64,000 nucleotides of DNA, from NCBI RefSeq assembly GCF_006345805.1, contig NC_043012.1:55862001-55926000 (forward strand), written 5' to 3'. Source of the stretch: Octopus sinensis. Taxonomy: Eukaryota. The notes under the pieces are model-generated. The model did no database searches and was not told the origin of the DNA. It was given only the letters and a program-made list of their open reading frames with translations. Positions 49,821 through 60,830 of this stretch are shown piece by piece. Both the position numbers and the translations under genes were made by a program. Positions within the stretch are counted from its first letter, which is position 1, and each line of letters starts with the position of its first letter.

Positions 49821-52049
49821 ATGAAAAAAACGGAGAGCAAGGAGCAGAAGCTAGGTCCCCAATGTTACCGCAATTATATGACTCTGGCTGTGAGGTTATA
49901 TCTTGAGAAAAAGTACACACAAGCGATTCACTTCTTTGGGGAAGCTTTAGAACTTTCACCCGGAAATAAACACTGCCTTGTGGCACGTTCAAAATGTTAT
50001 TTAAAAGAAGGAAGGCCCGATAAAGCATTAAAAGATACTGAACTTGCTTTGCAGAGCGATAGTGCATTCCCCGATGCTGTGTTACAAAAAGCCGAAGCTT
50101 ATTTTCAACAAAGCAACTTTGAGGCGGCGCTCGTTCATTTCCACCGTGGAGTCCAGTTTCAAGTCAAACAGGAAATGTTCATCAAAGGAGTTTATAAATG
50201 TGAAGAAGCAATTTTAAATGCAGTACGATGGCTGGACAAAGTGAAGAAGAAGATTGGTGAGGAGACTACAGACGAGGAGAGAACTGACACCAAAAAATCA
50301 GAAGATAAAAATATGACTAGCGTATTTGTCTTTGAAAATGATTCCACTTTACCCAGTGAAGATAAAATGTGGATTCTTTTGGCAGAATTGTACGAAGACA
50401 AGAAATTTTTGCAAAAGGTGTTAAGAAAAATAGACTGCCGAAGAGAACACGGTTGGCTATCAAAACTGGTTGTTATAAACCAAATTGTGTATTTTAATAA
50501 CCAGTCCAAATTCTTGTTGGCCAAAATGCCTGTAATAGAGAGATTGAAACAAGGAGCTCGTTCCAAGTTGGGTGATGATTTGCAAGAAATAAATCGAATC
50601 TACAAAGCTAAGAAATTCCGTGAATGCATTGATAAGTGTGTGAATATATTAAATACTTATTCGACAAAAGAACTCGGAAGTAAACAAAGACATTTAGCAG
50701 AAGTGTATTCGCTAATCGGAGCTTGCTATTTAGAGAAGAAAATGATGGAAGAAGCACGAATTATTTATATTAATCTATTGGCCATTGGAGATTTGTTAGA
50801 TGACAGCGAGATTACTTTGAATGCAGTTAGTGGCCTCATTGTGACCTACAGCGATGATAAAGAATATAAGATATTTGTAGATGTTGGAGAAACCGATAAT
50901 GTTGGTATTTCGGAACTACAAGAAATGTGGTTCAATTATCGACTTGGTTTTATGTATCTCGGTGTAAACAACGAAACGGCCAAGAAATACATAAATATGT
51001 GTCTACAATGTGCTGAGACAGGTATGAATCATTATTATATTACACACAGTTATGTGATGTTAGCTTGTGCTAATGTTCGAACGAAGAACTTTAAAGAGGC
51101 TCTAAAAGACATCGAAAATTGTTATAATTTCTTTAAAGAGGAAACAACAGACGATTTGGAGGCACTCGAGAATGTTCTGGACAAATTAAAAATTATAGTA
51201 AAAGAAGAAATAGCATGCGAAGAGGAAGAAAGACTGTTAAGAGAAGCAAGAGAGAAGGAAGTGGCAGAACGTTTGAGAAAAGAGGCAGAAGAAGCAGCAG
51301 CAACAGAGGAGGCGGCAAGAGTAGCAGCAGCAGAGGCAGCTGCGGTAGCAGCAGCAGAAAAGGCAGCGGCAGCAGAAAAGGCAGCGGCAGAGGGTGAAAC
51401 GAGAGCACCATCAGTAATGACCGAAGGTACAGAAGGGACATCATTTATAACCGAAACTGAAGGTATGTCATTCGTAACCGGAGACCCATCACTTATAAGC
51501 GGAGAACCCTCAGTGATAACCGAAGAAAAGCCAGCAGTCGAAGGCGCTGTCAAAAAAGAGGAAAAGCCACCGGCCGCGAGCGAAGGAGAACCATCAGTCA
51601 TAACCGAAGGTGAACTCTCAGGCATAACTGAAGGTGATGGAGAACAATCACTTATAACCGATGACAAACTACAATCTTTCATAGCCGACCTTGAGGAGAA
51701 AGGGCCTTCAGTCATAAAAGAAGATGTTCCAATAGCAGAACAAGATGTTCCAATAGCAGAACTAGATGTTCCAATAGCAGAACAAGATGTTCCAATAGCA
51801 GAACAAGATGTTCCAATAGCAGAACTAGATGTTCCAATAGCAGGACTAGATGTTCCAATAGCAGAACAAGATGTTCCAATAGCAGAACAAGATGTTCCAA
51901 TAGCAGAACAAGATGTTCCAATAGCAGAACTAGATGTTCCAATAGCAGAACAAGATGTTCCAATAGCAGAACAAGATGTTCCAATAGCAGAACAAGATGT
52001 TCCAATAGCAGAACAAGATGTTCCAATAGCAGAACAAGAGCAACCATAA
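49821..52049 (+). CDS. ODAD4: Intronless TTC25/ODAD4-like TPR protein (outer dynein arm docking complex subunit 4 family) with Ala/Glu-rich linker and 7-aa repeat tail
   Basis: Uninterrupted 742-aa ORF, caaaATG to TAA. N-terminal TPRs (KHCLVARSKCYLKEG, LQKAEAYFQQSNFEAALVHFHRG), the mid motif LLAELYEDKKFLQKVL and a second TPR block (EVYSLIGACYLE) match TTC25 as I recall it (NCLVARSKCFLKMG, LQKAETLY..DFEFALVFYHRG, LLGELYVDKEYLEKLL). Divergent, so paralogue versus orthologue is not resolved. Confidence 0.85.
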   Translation: MKKTESKEQKLGPQCYRNYMTLAVRLYLEKKYTQAIHFFGEALELSPGNKHCLVARSKCYLKEGRPDKALKDTELALQSDSAFPDAVLQKAEAYFQQSNFEAALVHFHRGVQFQVKQEMFIKGVYKCEEAILNAVRWLDKVKKKIGEETTDEERTDTKKSEDKNMTSVFVFENDSTLPSEDKMWILLAELYEDKKFLQKVLRKIDCRREHGWLSKLVVINQIVYFNNQSKFLLAKMPVIERLKQGARSKLGDDLQEINRIYKAKKFRECIDKCVNILNTYSTKELGSKQRHLAEVYSLIGACYLEKKMMEEARIIYINLLAIGDLLDDSEITLNAVSGLIVTYSDDKEYKIFVDVGETDNVGISELQEMWFNYRLGFMYLGVNNETAKKYINMCLQCAETGMNHYYITHSYVMLACANVRTKNFKEALKDIENCYNFFKEETTDDLEALENVLDKLKIIVKEEIACEEEERLLREAREKEVAERLRKEAEEAAATEEAARVAAAEAAAVAAAEKAAAAEKAAAEGETRAPSVMTEGTEGTSFITETEGMSFVTGDPSLISGEPSVITEEKPAVEGAVKKEEKPPAASEGEPSVITEGELSGITEGDGEQSLITDDKLQSFIADLEEKGPSVIKEDVPIAEQDVPIAELDVPIAEQDVPIAEQDVPIAELDVPIAGLDVPIAEQDVPIAEQDVPIAEQDVPIAELDVPIAEQDVPIAEQDVPIAEQDVPIAEQDVPIAEQEQP
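51717..52031 (+). repeat. Coding 21-bp minisatellite, 15 copies (E[Q/L]DVPIA)
   Basis: GAACAAGATGTTCCAATAGCA tandem units. The GATGTTCCAATAGCA part is invariant in all copies. Confidence 0.95.
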
Positions 52050-52842
52050 CCGGAAACATACTACTAGTTCATATATATATATATATTATATATATATATA
52101 TATGTACTCACAAACTTATGTACATACATACATATATGATATACAAAATCGCAGTGTTAAATGCATACAGCAACCAGAACTTTTTTATAATTAACACTGA
52201 GAAATACAATGCTATTACATCTTTTGGATTTTATATAAATGTTTTAGTATTTTCCTATTTGTTTATTGTTGTCATTTTTTATTGTTTTCGCTTAACACGT
52301 CAATCCAGTCATTTGAGGGTTTTACATAAATGTTTATATTCATTCAGAAAAATTAAAATACTCAACGGGTTTTGTCATATGTTAAAAGAATAGATTTGTA
52401 CAAGAAAGATTTGAAATAGGCTCAAAGATTGAGCATCATTTTCATGTCAGGCTCTAGAACCCAGGACAATATAATTCCTTTCTTAATTAATGTTTCAAAG
52501 TTTTCTAGGTGGGTTGCGAAGGAAATAAGTTATCGAATGTTCATTATTTTCCTCAAGGACCTGAAATGGCTGCAAATGTATTCCAAAAGCTCATCACCAA
52601 CTAAGCTGGTCGTTTGTTCTACGATAGTTATTCCTTACCTCTTGTTGAACATTATACACATGCACACTAAAAAAAATAAAACTTCTTCCCCCAAAAGGTT
52701 AGTAGTATCCTGATAAAAGATTTCGTAATATTTTTTTTTAATAATTTTTATAAAATCAATCACCTTTACACTTCAACACTGTATTAATTCTCATAGGCTT
52801 ATATATATACATACATGATATATATACATGCATAATATATAT

Positions 52843-52879
<37 letters not shown>

Positions 52880-52880
<1 letters not shown>

Positions 52881-53546
52881 CGGTTAAGTAATTGAGATTC
52901 TAGTGAATTCTAAAGAATTCACATGAATATGGTCCTTAACTAGGATGCACCGGAAATCTATATGGTGTTAACCATACGACAAGTGGGGTGATTACAAATA
53001 GGAAAAAAGCAACAAGAATGGATTAAAATCTCGGTACGATCGTTTTGTACGAGGACATCTTTAATAAGCTACAAAAAATGCAGTGAATACAGATGGCTCG
53101 TACTCGTCAGCCGAAAAAATATCAGAGAATTCCCAAACATCAAAAGGTGTAGATACAAAAGAGGTTGTAAGATTAACTGCATTGAAGAAAGTTCGATTCA
53201 TGGAGATCCGATGAAAGGTTTTAAACCTATAGAATTTATGCATGTCTACATATAGCTCATATTGAATATTTGATCAAGTTGTATGAAGAAATTTTGGGAT
53301 ACAGTCATGCAAAATTTCTGAAAATCCGAGTAGGAGGCAATGTGACTGCCATATCATGTAGAGGAAAGACTGAGTAAAAACATAGTGACTGTCATATCGT
53401 GTAGAGGAACAGATTGTTATTGAAATTTACAAGAATCGCAGATAAGTTCGATTTTTTGGAGATCCGATGAAAAAGTCTTGAACTTACAAAATTTGTGTAT
53501 GTCCTTATAGTTCATAATCCAGTTTTGTGGAGAGATTTAGGGTACA

Positions 53547-53639
<93 letters not shown>

Positions 53640-53675
53640 TCATATATATATATATACATATATACATATACAGAT

Positions 53676-53708
<33 letters not shown>

Positions 53709-54658
53709 CAAATACATATACATATATACATATACATATACATATGTATATACATATCATATATATATATATATACATATACATATGCATATATATATAT
53801 ATGTATATATATACATACGTATATATATATAATATATATATACATATATACATATATATATACATATATATATGTATACATACCTATGTATATACATTTA
53901 CATATATATATATACATATACATATATATATATACATATACATATATATATACATATACTATATATATATATATATATAATATATATATATATACGGTTA
54001 AGTAATTGAGATTCTAGTGAATTCTAAAGAATTCACATGAATATGGTCCTTAACTAGGATGCACCGGAAATCTATATGGTGTTAACCATACGACAAGTGG
54101 GGTGATTACAAATAGGAAAAAAGCAACAAGAATGGATTAAAATCTCGGTACGATCGTTTTGTACGAGGACATCTTTAATAAGCTACAAAAAATGCAGTGA
54201 ATACAGATGGCTCGTACTCGTCAGCCGAAAAAATATCAGAGAATTCCCAACATCAAAAGGTGTAGATACAAAAGAGGTTGTAAGATTAACTGCATTGAAG
54301 AAGTTCGATTCATGGAGATCCGATGAAAGGTTTTAAACCTATAGAATTTATGCATGTCTACATATAGCTCATATTGAATATTTGATCAAGTTGTATGAAG
54401 AAATTTTGGGATACAGTCATGCAAAATTCTGAAAATCCGAGTAGGAGGCAATGTGACTGCCATATCATGTAGAGGAAAGACTGAGTAAAAACATAGTGAC
54501 TGTCATATCGTGTAGAGGAACAGATTGTTATTGAAATTTACAAGAATCGCAGATAAGTTCGATTTTTTGGAGACCGATGAAAAAGTCTTGAACTTACAAA
54601 ATTGTGTATGTCCTTATAGTTCATAATCCAGTTTTGTGGAGAGATTTAGGGTACAATC

Positions 54659-54689
<31 letters not shown>

Positions 54690-55097
54690 ATATATATTAT
54701 ATATATATATATACATACATAATATATATATTATATATATATACATTCATATATATATATACATATACTATATATATATATATATATAATATATATATAT
54801 AATATATATATATATATACATATACATATACATATATACATATACATATACATATGTATATACATATCATATATATATATATAATACATATACATATGCA
54901 TATATATATATATGTATATATATACATACGTATATATATAATATATATATATATACATATATACATATATATATACATATATATGTATACATACCTATGT
55001 ATATACATTTACATATATATATATATACATATACATATATATATATACATATACATATATATATACATATACATATATATATATACACATACATATT

Positions 55098-55131
<34 letters not shown>

Positions 55132-55170
55132 ATATTCATACATATGTATATACATATACGTATATATATA
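52880..55170. repeat. Tandem duplication of a ~660-bp unit plus TA/CATA microsatellite (52880-53994 and 53995-~55170)
   Basis: CGGTTAAGTAATTGAGATTC...GGGTACAATCA occurs twice. Confidence 0.9.
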
Positions 55171-55526
55171 TATTAAATTAGAGAGAAAACCACTATTAGG
55201 CAAATCAAACAATGAAAAACGTAAACCAAAACATAAAAATAAAAATTATTAATATAATATACAAAATATATAAAATATAAAATTGAAATATTTAAATCAT
55301 TTAAATTTAAAATTAAAATTATTAGTTTATATTTATAAATTATTATTTTTTATTTTTTAATTTATTTATTTATTTATTTAAACAAATTTTTTATATATTA
55401 AATATATATAACTATCAAAAAGTATTAAAAAGTTTAATATAAGATAAAAAGTATATATATAAACATATATATATATACATACATACACACACATATATAT
55501 ATATATATATGTATATATATACATAC

Positions 55527-55562
<36 letters not shown>

Positions 55563-55591
55563 TTGTGTGTGTTGTGTGTGTTGTGTGTGTT

Positions 55592-55671
<80 letters not shown>

Positions 55672-55681
55672 ATATATACAT

Positions 55682-57175
55682 TTACACTCTTGCAAATGGC
55701 AAACTACCAAGCAAGCTGAAGGAGGGAATAATATGCCCAATCCATAAAGGGGGAAGCAGAACAGATGCCCAAAACTATAGGCCTATGTCTCTGACTTCAC
55801 ACATCAGCAAAGTCATGGAACGGATAGTCAGAGGGAAACTAATCGCATTCCCTGAAGAAAATAACTTGCTGAGTGATACCCAGCATGGCTTTCGACCAGG
55901 TAGGAGCTGTCTGACCCAGCTCTTACAACATTATGACTGGGTGTTGAGTTACTCAACAAATCAAATGTCGATGTAATATACCTTTTGACAAATTGGATCA
56001 TGGTATGATATGCCACAAATTGCGTGATCTTGACATATCTGGAAAACTTGGAGAGTGGTTAGATGACTTTCTTAAAGATAGGAGTCAGGTAGTAGGGGCT
56101 AATGGAGCCACCTCTATGAACACAGAAATAGTGAGCGGTGTTCCACAGGGCACTGTCTTGGGACCACTGCTTTTCATAGCGGCCCTCTCAGATATACCCT
56201 GATGTGCCCGGATAGCCATCCTTGCAAGCTATCCAGATGATACGAAAGTCTCGCAGAAAATACAGAACCCCAGTGATGTTGCACACCTGCAGCAGGAATT
56301 GGACTCAATTTACAGATGGGCTGAGGATAATAATATGCAGTTTAATGCTGAAAAATTCCAAGCCCTGTGCTACCAGCATCCAAAACTGAATATGAAACTT
56401 ACAGGGTACACCGGTCCACAGGGAATTTCAATCCCAGAGCCTAAATCAGTGAGGGACCTGGGTATCGACATGAGTGATGATACCTCTTTCCAAGTGCACA
56501 TTACCAGGATGGCGACAAAGTGCAGACGACTGACTGAATGGATCCTAAAAACATTCAGAACCAGAGATAAGGAAACCATGATGGTCCTCTGGCAGAAATT
56601 CGTCCTCAGCCGCCTGGATTACTGCTCACAGCTATGGTCACCCACCAGTGTGAAATTAACAGCTGACCTTGAAGCAATCCAGAGAAGATTCACAAAGAAG
56701 ATTGTCTCTTTGCAACAGCTCAGCTACTGGGAAAGATTGAAAAAGCTAAAACTCTACTCCCTGGAAAGAAGACGGGAGATGTATGCAGTAATATATATCT
56801 GGAAGATCCTGGAAGGAATTGTACCGAATTGGCATTGAAAGCTACACCAATGTCAGAACGGAACGACACTGCATAGTGCCAAAGATCCCAGCAACGCCAT
56901 CGCGCTTCAGGGCCCCACAGATTTTTAATATTCTCCCAAAGAGTCTGAGGAACCTGCACAAAGTAGATGTAGGGGTTTCTAAATCAAAGCTGGACCTCTT
57001 CCTGTCGAGATTCCCAGATGAACCTACCTCATGGCAAGAGGTGCAAATGAGGGTAGCTATATCAAACTCCATTCTTCGCCAAGTGCAACATATTAGAGGA
57101 GGCTCTTAGTAACAGCATTGTAGCAATACGGCGGTGCATCAGCATGGCCGCAGCTCTGAGCTGAAACTAGAGAGA
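55682..57175 (+). mobile_element. 5'-truncated CR1-clade LINE with 3' UTR
   Basis: PIHKGG..NYRPMSLTSHISKVMERI, QHGFRPGRSCLTQLL, SGVPQGTVLGPLLF, YPDDTK, FNAEKF, RDLGI, SRLDYCSQLWSP, LKLYSLERRR. Frameshifts and stops present. Confidence 0.9.
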
Positions 57176-57186
57176 AAAAATACACA

Positions 57187-57250
<64 letters not shown>

Positions 57251-57601
57251 TATATTGCGAAGGTGCGTAGCGTAGTGGCAAGCATGATGTAATCGCACGA
57301 TCGCGGTTCCCATTCCTAGATGGGTGGTGCATTGTGTTCTTGATAAAAAAACACTTCATTTCACGTTACGTAGTTAACCCAACTCATAAATGGCTGACCC
57401 TGAAATGGATCGACGTTCCGTTCAGAGGGGTTGTTGGTATCTCACTGTATCACTGTATTTAGCATACTACCGGATGTTGTTATACATTCCTGGTCACAAT
57501 GCGCTTGCTCACGTTGTAGTTTTCGATAGATGCTGCTCGCTGGTTAGGCGGACAGACCAACAACTCCACTGAACGGAATGTCGATCCATATATATATATA
57601 T

Positions 57602-57840
57602 ATCTCTTATTATAAAAGGCAGATTTTATCTGCCCCCCTTTGTCAGTTATAGAAATCTACAATATAGGATTTCTTCAATTACAATTTACCTAGCATTTTT
57701 AAGAGTAGAATGCATCGGGTCATGCCAGTTTTTTAAATTTAAACTCCAATTAAGCAAAATTTACAGAAAACTCACATTCTGGTGTGTATGTCAAATGCTT
57801 TTCTTAATGTGGTTTACACCACACGCACACGCACAGTGTG
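57602..57840 (+). mobile_element. Possible 5' part of another Helitron-like element
   Basis: A|TCTCTTATTATAAAAGGCAG start in a (TA)n tract. No 3' hairpin/CTRR found. Confidence 0.3.
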
Positions 57841-58024
57841 CAACGAATAAAATGAAAGTAATTCACTGTCTATCACGCTGATAGATACATGAGTAAAATG
57901 TATGGCAAGCTAAGAGATAAGAGTGAGTGAAAATGTTCTTGGAAGAGAGTAAATAGCGAGAGTGATTTGAGGAAGACTTTACATTAAATAACCGTAGTGG
58001 CTTGTATATATATATATATATATA

Positions 58025-58292
58025 CATACATAAGACAGTAAGGTGTGATTTGAGGGAGATTTGGCTGCTATTTCTACCATGTCTAGCTGCCATGTAGGGG
58101 TCTCCCTCATAGGCTCATACATACATATATACATAGATAAGACAGTAAGGTGTGATTTGGGGGAAATTTGGCTGCTATTTCTACCAGGTCTAGCTACCAT
58201 GTAGAGGTCCCCCTCATTGGCTCATATATATATACATACATAAGACAGTAAGGTGTGATTTGAGAGAGATTTGGCTGCTGTTTCTACCAGGT
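58025..58292 (+). repeat. 3 x ~105-bp tandem repeat
   Basis: TAAGACAGTAAGGTGTGATTTG at 58031, 58138 and 58241. Confidence 0.9.
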
Positions 58293-58657
58293 CTGTTAGG
58301 CCTTCTCATGTAAACTCAAGCTTTCTGATGCCTTGAACATAAGACCAAAGCAGAGAATGTATTCTTTTATTCTTCTGCTTTTTCCAGCCATTGGTCTGTG
58401 GCCATGCTGGGGCAATGCCTTGAAGAATTGTAGTTTAATGAATCAACTCCAGTTTTATTTTTGTAAGCATTGTACTTATTCTATCTGTTTCCTTTGTCAA
58501 ACCACTAGGTGACAGGGATGTAAACAAACCAACATTCGTTGTCAAGCAGTGGTGGAGGACAATCACAAGCACAGACACACCACACACCAACACATACATG
58601 CATACACAATATACACATACATACATACATATATATATATGTGTGTAATATATATAT

Positions 58658-58980
58658 TGCAGCGTGGAAGGTGTTTGTAAGCCATTTAAGAAACACACAA
58701 AATCCGTTAGATTCACTTCAACATTTACATTTAATTTGCCAAAATATTTTCCTCGCTTTGAGACCGCGACCTGTTCACTGACAAAAATATCGTGCTAACA
58801 GGTCGCGGTCTCAAAGCGACGAAAATATTTTGACAAATTAAATTTAAATGTTGAAGTGAATCTAACGGTTCTTGTGTGTTTCTTAAATGGCTTATAAACA
58901 CCTTCAACGCTGCAACTGTTTTCGTTCCAGCACACGATCTCAGATCAAGTCACTTGCTATGCAAGTACATCTCTGTAACT
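58658..58980. mobile_element. Penelope-like inverted repeat (118-bp arms, 21-bp spacer) with G3:C8 hammerhead-like motif
   Basis: 58658-58775 mirrors 58797-58914. HHR-like motif at 58735-58785 (-). Confidence 0.75.
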
Positions 58981-59104
58981 ATATATATATTTATATATAT
59001 ATATATATATATATAAATATATATATATGTATGTATGTATATGGTAAAAACAGTAAGATAACAAAAGAAAGAAAGAGACCTCAATATTATGTAAATAGAG
59101 GAAA

Positions 59105-59501
59105 TCTTATATATAAAAGTGAGGTTGTGTGTCTGTCTCCTACGATTTAGATTCCTAACTACTCCCACATTTTGCGGTGCAGTTTAACCAAAACCGGGTA
59201 TCTTATAGTCGTGATTCATATCGAGACCGTCTGGGTATTAGCGAGCGCGCGTCTACGATGAGTCTACGATTTAAAAAAAATTTACCATCAATTTTTCCCA
59301 TTTTTAATCCATTTTTGACATATATAAGGGAAGTAACTCTCTAAAATTTATTATTAAATCTCAGAACGTAAAAAGCTACAGTAACACCCCTCCCCCTTTG
59401 TGGTTAGCCATATTGAGATGGCTATTATACTTTACATCTCTAAAAATGCTTATATAATTATTTCCCTTACAAACCCGAGCAACGCCGGGCGATACTGCTA
59501 G
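59105..59501 (+). mobile_element. Non-autonomous Helitron, third copy
   Basis: A|TCTTATATAT...CCCGAGCAACGCCGGG..CTAG|T. Confidence 0.9.
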
Positions 59502-59731
59502 TATATATATATACTCTTTACTCTTTTACTTGTTTCAGTCATTTGACTGCGGCCGTGCTGGAGAACCGCCTTTAATCGAGCAACTCAACCCCAGGACTTA
59601 TTCTTTTGTAAACCCAGTACTTATTCTATCGGTCTCTTTTGCCGAACCGCTAAGTTACGGGGACATAAACAAACGAGCATCGGTTGTCAAGCAATGGTAG
59701 GGGGACAAACACAGACACACATACACATACA

Positions 59732-59770
<39 letters not shown>

Positions 59771-59795
59771 AAGGAGATGTCGAACACGAGTGGTG

Positions 59796-60012
59796 ATATA
59801 TAAAAAAGGAAATGAAGAAAATGCTGACAAATAATTGAAGTAATTTAAGTAATTTAATTAGGTGAAAGTTCTTTTTACCGGTTGCGCATTTGTTATGCTA
59901 TCAAAATACATTGATAAGCATAACAAATGCGCAACCGGTAAAAAGAACTTTCACTAATTAAATTACTTAAATTACTTCAATTATTTGTCAGCATTTTCTT
60001 CATTTCCTTTTT

Positions 60013-60018
<6 letters not shown>
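59796..60018. mobile_element. Near-perfect hairpin (~109-bp arms, 6-nt loop) inside a SINE's internal microsatellite
   Basis: 59796-59904 mirrors 59911-60018 with two 1-bp indels. Confidence 0.85.
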
Positions 60019-60044
<26 letters not shown>

Positions 60045-60231
60045 CGACGGGCTTCTTTCAGTTTCCGTCTACCAAATCCACTCACAAGGCTTTGGTTGGC
60101 CCGAAGCTATAGTAGAAGACACTTGCCCAAGGTGCCACGCAGTGGGACTGAACCCGGAACCATGTGGTTGGTAAACAAGCTACTTACCACACAGCCACTA
60201 CATACATACATACATACATACATACATACAT

Positions 60232-60306
<75 letters not shown>

Positions 60307-60538
60307 CACACACATACACACAAGAGGGGAGATGAAGTACCTTTAAAATATCTTGGCTTTAAAAGTATCGCGAAAGGCCTTGTTGGAGGCCCAAACCTCC
60401 TAGTTTTTTGCAGGGCTAAGAACAGTTGGAGTGCTGCAACAAGTGCGTGAACCTGATAGAGGAATATGTTGAATAAAATCATGATTCCTCATGTACTTTC
60501 TTTTACTCAAATCCAGGAAATTTTCAGCATTCCCTTAC

Positions 60539-60582
<44 letters not shown>

Positions 60583-60632
60583 GTGTATGTAGGTATATAT
60601 GAATGCATGTATGTATGTTGTAGAGCTGAAAA

Positions 60633-60830
60633 AGAAGTAATTTCTACTCTTCTCCTCTGGAAGCCATCTACTCGCAATACCAGAGGGCGTACACTCTCCT
60701 ACCCTGATGTAGTCTCCAGGGATACAGGCATCCAGCAACAGGACCTCCGTAATGCTATGATGGACTGTGAAGTCTGGCGTAACATAGTAAATTCCATTGT
60801 CTCGACCACGGTCGAACAATGATGATGATT
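60633..60830 (+). mobile_element. 3' end of an RTE/RTE-X-like LINE
   Basis: LLWKPSTRNTRGRTLSYPDVVSRDTG..AMMDCEVWRNIV*, followed by a (TGA)n tail. Confidence 0.7.

Noticed and set aside
51717-52031. 21-bp array (and the 19-bp array at 16073-16147) as CRISPR
   Set aside because: Head-to-tail repeats with no unique spacers, eukaryotic context and no cas genes.
51122-52059. Antisense ORFs over the TTC25-like gene, including a leucine-rich LLEHLVL repeat
   Set aside because: These are shadows of the sense-strand 21-bp repeat and Ala/Glu codons.
53190-53235. CCGATGA-AAGGTT/AAACCT hairpin in the duplicated unit as an HHR
   Set aside because: It lacks the GAAA and cleavage-triplet half.
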